From: Opitutales bacterium
GTDB taxonomy: Bacteria; Verrucomicrobiota; Verrucomicrobiia; Opitutales; PNEW01
DNA length: 32,000 bases
Assembly (NCBI GenBank): GCA_965219535.1
Contig: CBDCNV010000002.1
Coordinates: forward strand, 1,530,001-1,562,000
Direction: 5' to 3'
Each line of letters starts with the position of its first letter. Position 1 is the stretch's first letter. A program made the position numbers and the translations under genes. Under the pieces are notes generated by a model that was not told the origin of the DNA, did no database searches, and saw only the letters and a program-made list of their open reading frames with translations. Shown in pieces: positions 25,332 through 32,000 of this stretch.

Positions 25332-25365
25332 CCTTTTTGACTTTTTGACCTTTTGACATTTTGAC
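25332..25365 (-). repeat. K' array: 4 units, start-proximal to 25373..25591
   Basis: cctttttgac tttttgac cttttgac attttgac. Ends 7 nt before the ATG at 25373. Confidence 0.95.
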
Positions 25366-25372
25366 TAAAATA

Positions 25373-25591
25373 ATGCGCTACGTTGAATTTAAAGCGGCGA
25401 TTGATAACGAACTTCGGGGAAAACCTGGGGGGCTGACCTGGGCGGAACTCAGAGATCAATTGCACTTGCCCTATGAACGGCCCTGTCCGAATTGGACGCG
25501 GCGCTTGGAGCGGGAAATCGGGCTTTCGCGAGCAAAGGGATCAGGGCGCGCATTTGTATGGAAAGTTCGCAAGCGTTCAAGGGTCCATTAA
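25373..25591 (+). CDS. small hypothetical protein (72 aa), possibly winged-helix-like
   Basis: The track starts at a TTG (25361) inside the repeat. I prefer the in-frame ATG at 25373 (MRYVEFKAAIDNELRGKPGGLTWAELRDQL...). No family assigned. Confidence 0.5.
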   Translation: MRYVEFKAAIDNELRGKPGGLTWAELRDQLHLPYERPCPNWTRRLEREIGLSRAKGSGRAFVWKVRKRSRVH

Positions 25592-25684
25592 CCGTCAGTT
25601 GATTTTATTTTAGATTGATGTGGGCATGCACACCTGATCGAGTAAGCGCAGGTTTTTTCATTAATGAAGAGATGAGCAAGCATC

Positions 25685-26458
25685 ATGTTGAATGTAGAGA
25701 TACTTGATCCCGGTGAGGTTGAAAAAGCGGCAACCGTATTTCATCGCGACGGATTTGTTTGCGTTAAAAATCCTCTGAGCGAAGAACAGTTTGTGCTCAA
25801 TACAGCCGGCGCGGAGCGCGTGATGCAGGAACAGGAGAATGAGTGCGGCCGCGAAAACATGAATCGCGGTTATGCCCGTCACTCCTTTGGCAGCCAGGTT
25901 CATAATTGGGAGTGGTGTATCCTCATCGATTTACCGACGATCTTGCCTATTCTCGATGCGATCTGGAAAAGCGACGATTTCACCTGTTCTGGGAGTGGAG
26001 GAGATTATTCTCTACCGGAAGCAAAAATCCAGCATCTGCATTCAGACGGAAATAGGGATTATTTCAACGATCCCTGGAACAGGGTTAATCATCGGGACCC
26101 ACCCGCTCCCTTCATCGTAGTCAACTTTACGATGGTAGATTTTACGGTAGAGAATGGCGCCATTCGATTCATTCCAGGGACCCAGCGTTCCCACGCGCCG
26201 ATTCCTTCTCTCGAAGAGGAACCGGAATGGATGCGGACAAATCATCTCTGTGCGCCGGCAAATACCGCGATCATTCGCGATGTGCGTTGCTGGCACGGGG
26301 GGACGGCGAATAATTCCAATCAGAAAAGACCGATGACCAGTGTGGGTTATTACGCGCCCTGGTTTCGGCCGAGTAAAGAAAAACTACTGCCACGTAAACA
26401 TTATGATCGCCTTTCGCCGCGGGGGCAACAGCTGTGTCGGTATATTGTTGGGGATTAG
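25685..26458 (+). CDS. phytanoyl-CoA dioxygenase family protein (pair copy 1)
   Basis: 257 aa. FHRDGFVCVKNPL, HLHSDGN (HxD), IPGTQRSH, RCWHGGTAN. Confidence 0.8.
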   Translation: MLNVEILDPGEVEKAATVFHRDGFVCVKNPLSEEQFVLNTAGAERVMQEQENECGRENMNRGYARHSFGSQVHNWEWCILIDLPTILPILDAIWKSDDFTCSGSGGDYSLPEAKIQHLHSDGNRDYFNDPWNRVNHRDPPAPFIVVNFTMVDFTVENGAIRFIPGTQRSHAPIPSLEEEPEWMRTNHLCAPANTAIIRDVRCWHGGTANNSNQKRPMTSVGYYAPWFRPSKEKLLPRKHYDRLSPRGQQLCRYIVGD

Positions 26459-26702
26459 TGAAACGAATTGGAAATGCGTGGAAGCGTAAAAGGGATAAAG
26501 CGGAAAAGCTTGAATGCGAATTATAGACATAGCCACCGGTCGTCGCCCCGTGGTTTAGAACACGCCTATGTGTGTTAAGTTAATGAGCGTTCACCTGTCG
26601 CAAAATCTACTGTTGAATCGACTTAGATTGACGCTGTAACGCATACCTGTTCGAGTGAGTGCAGGAATTATTATTCATTGATGAATAGTTGAGCAAAACA
26701 TC

Positions 26703-27479
26703 ATGTTGAAAGTAGATATATTTGATCCGGGTGATGTTGAAAAAGCGGCTTCCGTCTTTCATCGCGATGGATTTGTGTGTGTTAAAAATCCACTGAGCGA
26801 GGAGCAGTTTGCGCTCAATAAAGCAGGCGCGGAGCGTGTAATGAAGGAGCAGGAAGAGGAATACGGTCGCGAAAAAATGACCCGCGGCTATGCTCGTCAA
26901 TCATTTGGGAATCAGCTCCATAATTGGGAGTGGTGTATCCTCATCGATTTACCAACAATCTTACCTATCCTCAATGAGATTTGGAATAATGACGACTATA
27001 CCTGTAGATTGGGAGGAGGAGATTTTTCCCTTCCCGGTGCGAAAATCCAACATCTGCATGCAGACTTTAATAAAGATTATTTTAATGATCCGTTGGGAAA
27101 GGTAACGGATAGAGATACACCGCCAGCTTTCATCAACGTCAATTATACAATGGTAGATTTTACGGTAGAGAATGGCGCCATTCGATTCATTCCAGGGACC
27201 CAGCGTTCCCACGCGCCGATTCCTTCTCTCGAAGAGGAACCGGAATGGATGCGGACAAATCATCTCTGTGCGCCGGCAAATACCGCGATCATTCGCGATG
27301 TGCGTTGCTGGCACGGGGGGACGGCGAATAATTCCAATCACAAGAGGCCCATGACCAGTGTTGGATACTTTGCACCCTGGTTCCGTCCCTATGACGAAAA
27401 AATACTGCCCCGTAAACACTATGAACGCTTATCACCGAGGGGGCAACAGCTGTGTCGATATATCGTAGAAGATGAGTGA
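26703..27479 (+). CDS. phytanoyl-CoA dioxygenase family protein (pair copy 2)
   Basis: 258 aa, collinear with 25685..26458, including ~85 nt of upstream leader. Confidence 0.8.
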   Translation: MLKVDIFDPGDVEKAASVFHRDGFVCVKNPLSEEQFALNKAGAERVMKEQEEEYGREKMTRGYARQSFGNQLHNWEWCILIDLPTILPILNEIWNNDDYTCRLGGGDFSLPGAKIQHLHADFNKDYFNDPLGKVTDRDTPPAFINVNYTMVDFTVENGAIRFIPGTQRSHAPIPSLEEEPEWMRTNHLCAPANTAIIRDVRCWHGGTANNSNHKRPMTSVGYFAPWFRPYDEKILPRKHYERLSPRGQQLCRYIVEDE

Positions 27480-27498
27480 ACAGTGAAATGCAGGAGCA

Positions 27499-27610
27499 GT
27501 GAACAGTGAACAGTGAACAGTGAACAGTGAACAGTGAACAGTGAACAGTGAACAGTGAACAGTGAACAGTGAACAGTGAACAGTGAACAGTGAACAGTGA
27601 ACAGTGAACA
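27499..27610 (+). repeat. perfect microsatellite (GTGAACA)x16
   Basis: 112 nt of uninterrupted 7-nt units. Degenerate units (gtgaaca gtgaaat) begin at the TGA stop of 26703..27479. Confidence 0.97.
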
Positions 27611-27658
27611 GTGGGTTCGTTTTGGTTTCATTACCACAGATATAACAAAGTGTGAAGG

Positions 27659-28594
27659 TTGAATACTGTGTCTGTACCTATTGATATCCCTGAGAGTTTA
27701 ACGCGAGCTGTGGGTTACAATGATGAGGGTGTGGCATGGCTGAAACGACTGCCTGAATTGCTTGAAGTGTGTGCCAGGCGTTGGGAGCTTTCGGTAGACG
27801 TGCCGATGGCTGAAGATTACGCGGTGATGTCCTACAACTATATTACTCCGGCGACGCGAGGGGACGGTAGCGATGTAATAATCAAGATAGCCTCTTCTAA
27901 AAAAGATTTTTCAACGGAGCGTGAATCGCTTCATTTCTATGGAGGTAAAGGAGCGGTCAAATTGTTGGATAGCGACGAGGAGTTGAATACACTTTTATTG
28001 GAGCGTTTAATTCCGGGTGTTCCTCTTTCTGAGAATAGTGATGACGAAGAAAATACGCGAATCGCAGCAAGAGTGATGCGTCGGTTGTGGCAAAAGGCGC
28101 CCCAAAAGCACGGGAACAGGTCGGTTGAAGACGAAGTTACAAAGCTCAGTGAGGTGCGTATCCGATTTGATGGCAGCACCGGTCCGCTACCCACCAAGTT
28201 TGTGGAAAAAGCGGAGGCGCAGTTTGCCGAGTTAATAGCAACGAGCGCAGAATCCGTGGTACTACACAGCGACCTCCACCACTGGAATATATTGAGCGCT
28301 GAACGCGAACCGTGGTTGGCAATTGATTCCAAGGGTTTGGTCGGTGACCCCGCTTTTGAAGTCGCTACGTATATGCACAACCGACCGCCAATTTCTTGTA
28401 AGGGTAAAGATCTTCGAAAACTTATCGCGAGAAGGGTAGATATTTTTGCCGAGGAACTGGGTTTCACGCGTGAGCGGATCCTGGCATGGAGCTGGACTCA
28501 TTGTCTGCTCTGCGCCTGGTGGGGAGTGGAAGTCGATGACGATAGCTGTCAGGGAAGTATTGAACTCGCAGAATTAATTGAGAGTTTGCGGTAG
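27659..28594 (+). CDS. aminoglycoside phosphotransferase family protein (APH(6)/StrB-like kinase fold)
   Basis: 311 aa. HSDLHHWNIL catalytic loop and IDSKGLVGDPAFE. The start is ambiguous: TTG 27659, or GTG 27668, which has gaagg 8 nt upstream. Confidence 0.75.
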   Translation: MNTVSVPIDIPESLTRAVGYNDEGVAWLKRLPELLEVCARRWELSVDVPMAEDYAVMSYNYITPATRGDGSDVIIKIASSKKDFSTERESLHFYGGKGAVKLLDSDEELNTLLLERLIPGVPLSENSDDEENTRIAARVMRRLWQKAPQKHGNRSVEDEVTKLSEVRIRFDGSTGPLPTKFVEKAEAQFAELIATSAESVVLHSDLHHWNILSAEREPWLAIDSKGLVGDPAFEVATYMHNRPPISCKGKDLRKLIARRVDIFAEELGFTRERILAWSWTHCLLCAWWGVEVDDDSCQGSIELAELIESLR

Positions 28595-28739
28595 GGGATT
28601 GGGATGCGGTAATGCGTGGATGCGATAAAGCGAAAATGTGGAAATGCGTGAATGCGGATGAAGGTTAATGCAATTTGTCATTTATCGAATGCATTATCTT
28701 TAAAGTTTCAATATCCTCACCATGATAATACATTGCATT

Positions 28740-28766
28740 CGACTATCGACCTTTGACTTTAGACTC
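28740..28766 (-). repeat. K'-variant units (CGACYWT/GACTTTA), start-proximal to 28776..29231
   Basis: cgactat cgaccttt gacttta gactcc. Homologous to 29357-29383. Confidence 0.75.
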
Positions 28767-28775
28767 CTTATATAA

Positions 28776-29231
28776 ATGAAAATCCGGCCTTTTGTGAGTA
28801 GAGATCAGGAAATATGTAAGGAATTGATCTTGGATGGTTTGTCTGATCATTTCGGTTCTGCTTTTGATACAATAAAATTCCCTAATCCTGATTTGGATGA
28901 TATTTCGACGGCTTATAAAAATGAGACTTTTCTCGTCGTGGAATCAGGAGGAGAGATTATTGGAACTGGAGCGCTTATTGAGGAAGACGAGAAAACGGGT
29001 ACGGGCAGAATTAAGAGGATGTATGTTAAACGTGAACTCCGAAGAAAGGATATTGGCACGAAGATCCTGGATGCATTATTCAATGCCGCGAAGGATCGCG
29101 GATACAATAATATAGTCGTTGAAACGACGTTGAATTGGAAATATGTCATTGATTTTTATCTCCGATACGGTTTTGAGATTACCGGATACAGGATAGAAGA
29201 TAACGAAGTAGATATGCGGATAGGCATTTAG
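28776..29231 (+). CDS. GNAT family N-acetyltransferase
   Basis: 151 aa. The acetyl-CoA binding motif region is RMYVKRELRRKDIGTKILDALF. Confidence 0.8.
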   Translation: MKIRPFVSRDQEICKELILDGLSDHFGSAFDTIKFPNPDLDDISTAYKNETFLVVESGGEIIGTGALIEEDEKTGTGRIKRMYVKRELRRKDIGTKILDALFNAAKDRGYNNIVVETTLNWKYVIDFYLRYGFEITGYRIEDNEVDMRIGI

Positions 29232-29356
29232 TGAGTATGCGGTAATGCGTGGATGCGTGAATGCGTGTATGTGATAATGCGATAATGAGAAAATGAGTGG
29301 AAGCGGATGAAGAGATAGCGACAGAAAGCACAAAAGTGATTTTTATATCATCATTC

Positions 29357-29383
29357 AACTTTAGACCTTTGACATTCGACTCC
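29357..29383 (-). repeat. K'-variant units, start-proximal to 29392..29826
   Basis: caacttta gaccttt gacattc gactcc. It shares ~37/44 nt, including ATGAAAA, with the leader of 28776..29231. Confidence 0.75.
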
Positions 29384-29391
29384 TTATCTTA

Positions 29392-29826
29392 ATGAAAAAA
29401 GCGGCGGCAATAATCTCAATATTACTATCGGGTTTGGTTTTTATTGTCTACACTATAATGGCGATCGGGTATTGGCGACGGCCGGACCAAGTAAAAAATA
29501 TTGGTGATTGGATCACACTACTCACACCGGTAGCTGCTCCCCTGGTAGGGATTATTCTTGGAGTTGCCGTCTTATGCTGCAAATTTCGGAATCCGTTGAC
29601 AAAGAGATGTGTCGTTGGTGCATTTTATGGCGCAACGCTCTACATGTTTGTTCCCGCTATACTGATATTGAAACAATACAGTCTCATTGCACAGGATGGA
29701 ACAGCGTATTGGGGCATTCTAATGTTGCCCGTGCTGTTTCTTGGATTACCACTATTAATCATCGGTGCCGTTATCGGATTAGTTATAGGTATACTAAACG
29801 CCAGGAAACTGGGCGTGCAGCGATAA
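29392..29826 (+). CDS. hypothetical integral membrane protein
   Basis: 144 aa with four hydrophobic segments. No family recognised. Confidence 0.6.
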   Translation: MKKAAAIISILLSGLVFIVYTIMAIGYWRRPDQVKNIGDWITLLTPVAAPLVGIILGVAVLCCKFRNPLTKRCVVGAFYGATLYMFVPAILILKQYSLIAQDGTAYWGILMLPVLFLGLPLLIIGAVIGLVIGILNARKLGVQR

Positions 29827-29876
29827 TATATAATACATTATTGTGAAATTGAATTTAAATAGAGAAAGGAAACATT

Positions 29877-30236
29877 ATGCCATTTATAAAAATTGACGAC
29901 TACGAACCCATCGAGCTGGCACCGGACGCTAAGGCGCGCACGCCGTACGGTGAAAACATCATGCTGTCGTACCTGGAACTGGAAGCAGGTTCGATCATTC
30001 CCCTCCATAAGCATCCGCATGAACAGGCGGGTATGCTGTTAAAAGGGAGAATGGAACTGACGATTGGCGATGAATCAAATTTATGTGAAGCTGGGGAGAT
30101 GTTCATTATCCCGGCCAATACACCGCACACCGCAAAACCAGTGGATGGACCAGCTGTCGTCCTGGACGTTTTCAGCCCGGTGCGTGAAGATTATGCCGCG
30201 CTCTTCAATAAGTATGTCCGTGAAGAACCGGTTTAG
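29877..30236 (+). CDS. cupin domain-containing protein
   Basis: 119 aa. Cupin motifs HKHPHEQAGMLLKG and IIPANTPH. SD-like agaaaggaa upstream. Confidence 0.8.
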   Translation: MPFIKIDDYEPIELAPDAKARTPYGENIMLSYLELEAGSIIPLHKHPHEQAGMLLKGRMELTIGDESNLCEAGEMFIIPANTPHTAKPVDGPAVVLDVFSPVREDYAALFNKYVREEPV

Positions 30237-30413
30237 TTTTATAGATTTAATAATGGAGGGACGCACTCCGTTGCGTCCGCAAAATAATTAAAAATTGTTA
30301 TCCAGTCTATTTTCTTACCTAACGGCCACGATCAGCCGTCGTCCCGTCCCGCGGTCGGGCAGGACTATGGCCGACAGGCTACACTTGGCCCTCCAACAAT
30401 TAATTATATCAAG

Positions 30414-31046
30414 GTGAATTGTCCACTCTGTCATACAAGCGGTGGTATAGATTATTATGAAGATGCTAAGCGCAAATACAGGCAGTGTGAAATCTGTGAC
30501 CTGGTCTACGTACCTAAAGAATATTATTTATCGAGGGATAAGGAAAAGGCGGTCTATGATCAGCATCAGAACTCTCCGGACGATTCCGAATACCGACAGT
30601 TTTTAAGTCGCCTTTTCAATCCCCTAGTGGACCGGATTAAACCCAAAAGCAGGGGTCTTGATTTTGGGTCGGGACCGGGGCCGACCCTATCCGTGATGTT
30701 TGAAGAAGCTGATCATGAAATGGCAATTTATGATTCGTTTTACTCGAGGGATGAAACTGTGTGGGATGTGAATTATGATTTTATAACGGTCACTGAAGTG
30801 GTGGAACACCTGCATCACCCGGGAAAAGTACTGGATCGATTGTGGTCTTGTTTAGGACCTGGAGGGTTGTTTGGGGTGATGACGAAATTAGTGATTAACC
30901 GGGAGGCATTTGCGGACTGGCATTATAAATTGGATCCGACGCACGTTAGTTTTTTTTCAGTGAATACATTTACCTGGCTGGGAAAACATTGGCATACCAA
31001 AGCAGAGTTTGTTGATAGTGATGTAATCCTGCTAAGGAAAAATTGA
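30414..31046 (+). CDS. class I SAM-dependent methyltransferase with N-terminal Cys4 zinc-ribbon
   Basis: 210 aa with GTG start. CPLC...CEIC, motif I LDFGSGPGP. Confidence 0.75.
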   Translation: MNCPLCHTSGGIDYYEDAKRKYRQCEICDLVYVPKEYYLSRDKEKAVYDQHQNSPDDSEYRQFLSRLFNPLVDRIKPKSRGLDFGSGPGPTLSVMFEEADHEMAIYDSFYSRDETVWDVNYDFITVTEVVEHLHHPGKVLDRLWSCLGPGGLFGVMTKLVINREAFADWHYKLDPTHVSFFSVNTFTWLGKHWHTKAEFVDSDVILLRKN

Positions 31047-31173
31047 TTGGGATAGGAAGTACTATTGGTGGCAAAATTTATAAAACAATAATAATTAAAA
31101 CAGTGGATACAACGGAATGCGTCCCACCATTTTTCATTCACCATTACATTTAAAATGATTGTACCATTATGCA

Positions 31174-31206
31174 GACGAAGACGAAGACGAGGACAAAGAC
31201 GAAGAG
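31174..31206 (+). repeat. (GACGAA)-type hexamer array, ~5.5 units
   Basis: gacgaa gacgaa gacgag gacaaa gacgaa gag. A second, shorter copy lies at 31389-31403. ORF 31159..31362 (DEDEDKDEE) is probably an artefact. Confidence 0.85.
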
Positions 31207-31470
31207 ATATTTAACAGGCTACGCTCCGTTGTGGCCATAAGGCAAAATGAATTTTTAGCAGTGAAAAGTAATAATTATTACTGCGGACGCAATCAGCCGA
31301 CGCCCCCCTGGGCTATGGCCGACAGGCATCCGTGCGTCCCTCCATTTTTCTGTCACTATTAATCAATAGTTGAAAGCACCCTATCTTGGACGAAGACGAA
31401 GAGGCAGGTGCTGACGAAGATTTAGTTGCACATTACTCAGTTTTAATAATATAAATTTGTTAAAATTATA

Positions 31471-32000
31471 ATGAAATTATCCCCCGAGGAAATTAACTTT
31501 TTTAAAGAAGAAGGTTATCTCATCAAACGAAAGGTCATGGATGAAGCTCTCATGGCTAAAGCTCGGGATAGATTGTGGGACAACAAGCCGGTTGAATTGG
31601 ATCGCAATAAGCCCGAGACCTGGGTGGGGCCGATTAAAGCGTATAAGGGAAAGATTGATGTCAAGAGTGATAAAAGTAAAGATTCCATTGGCAAGGGTAA
31701 TGACGGTAAAAATTTTAGTTGGCAGTTTCGCAGTATTGGTGACGAAGATTGGATAGTACGAATGCTGGCGACAGATCCCTCGATTTGGGATATGGCTGAA
31801 CAGGTTTTAGGGGTGGGAAAAGTTCAAATCCCTGACCAGATACGGGGTATTTATTGCACCCTCCCAGAAGGAGATATTCCTCTTCAACCCCACAGATGCC
31901 ATACGGATGCGCACGCGTTCCATCTTGGGGTAGTCGGTTACATCGATGATGTGCAACCCAATGGCGGCGGATTTATAATCTGGCCCAAAAGCCACCGGAC
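31471..32000 (+). CDS. phytanoyl-CoA dioxygenase family protein, partial (3' end beyond window)
   Basis: Not in the ORF track. Reading from the ATG at 31471 gives MKLSPEEINFFKEEGYLIKRKVMDE...PHRCHTDAHAF...GGGFIIWPKSHR, open to the window end. It has the HxD motif and the PhyH N-terminal pattern. Confidence 0.75.
   Translation, partial: MKLSPEEINFFKEEGYLIKRKVMDEALMAKARDRLWDNKPVELDRNKPETWVGPIKAYKGKIDVKSDKSKDSIGKGNDGKNFSWQFRSIGDEDWIVRMLATDPSIWDMAEQVLGVGKVQIPDQIRGIYCTLPEGDIPLQPHRCHTDAHAFHLGVVGYIDDVQPNGGGFIIWPKSHR

Noticed and set aside
696-25365. Reading the TTGAC(A/C/T) units as stacked sigma-70 -35 boxes with a -10 box just after the array
   Set aside because: With 8-nt spacing, the TTGAC units lie 15 or 23 nt from the TAnnnT-like hexamers that sometimes follow the array (TAAAAT, TAAAGT, TAGCTT), not 16-18 nt. 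Many arrays are followed by no -10-like hexamer at all. A promoter function remains untested but is not supported by the spacing.
3984-25372. TTG start codons used by the ORF track at 3995, 12701, 22340 and 25361
   Set aside because: Each TTG is part of a TTGAC repeat unit. In-frame ATGs a few codons downstream (3983, 12713, 22355, 25373) give N-termini that fit the protein families better.
596-27610. CRISPR array interpretation of the GTCAAAAG, GCGGAAAT or GTGAACA repeats
   Set aside because: The units are only 7-8 nt and are directly contiguous. There are no 25-40 nt repeats separated by unique spacers, and no cas genes in the window.
27419-27637. ORF encoding a (HCSLFTV)n repeat protein on the minus strand
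   Set aside because: It is purely the translation of the (GTGAACA)16 microsatellite and overlaps the end of the PhyH gene. It has no start context.
17177-32000. Classical integron cassette array with attC sites
   Set aside because: I could not find RYYYAAC / GTTRRRY core sites at spacer ends, and there is no intI-like gene in the window. Repeat-bracketed genes also occur on both strands further left. I kept only the weaker cassette-like observation.
1-32000. tRNA, rRNA, tmRNA or known riboswitch genes
   Set aside because: No cloverleaf-compatible sequence with T-loop (GGTTCGAATCC-like) or anticodon-arm context was seen outside coding regions, and no rRNA-like stretches. The larger non-coding gaps are all occupied by the repeat modules described.

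Overview
Gene-dense bacterial chromosomal window of moderate GC. I call 31 protein-coding features; two are partial genes at the window edges that are missing from the ORF track. I saw no rRNA, tRNA or CRISPR. Content is accessory-type metabolism. There are seven phytanoyl-CoA dioxygenase (PhyH) family genes: 1-583, a tandem triplet at 8542-11555, a tandem pair at 25685-27479, and 31471-32000. Also present: two tandem HpcH/HpaI-type aldolases, a D-threonine-aldolase/D-serine-dehydratase-like PLP enzyme, a 1096-aa fusion of a family-5 solute-binding protein to an ABC permease, three tandem BNR/sialidase-like genes, a membrane desaturase, KptA, GrpB, DUF1835, Gfo/Idh/MocA plus ThuA, an APH(6)-like kinase, GNAT, cupin, a SAM methyltransferase, and one small IS1595-family element. 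A HAMP-nucleotidyl cyclase is interrupted by a single in-frame TAA, and the adjacent SDR by a single in-frame TAG. The most unusual feature is the non-coding DNA, which is built almost entirely from phased 7-8 nt tandem units. The dominant unit, GTCAAAAG, forms 22 arrays with strict polarity. In the sense of the neighbouring gene, each array reads CTTTTGAC just upstream of a start codon and GTCAAAAG just downstream of a stop codon. Genes on both strands are therefore bracketed by inverted arrays, and co-directional intergenic regions become long potential hairpins. Other oddities are hairpins that contain the stop codon, a perfect (GTGAACA)16 microsatellite, a 191-bp gene-conversion tract, and cassette-like unidirectional gene organisation without integron hallmarks. 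The gene content and Shine-Dalgarno-poor starts suggest a PVC-type (Planctomycetota/Verrucomicrobiota/Lentisphaerota) aquatic heterotroph, but that is only a guess.
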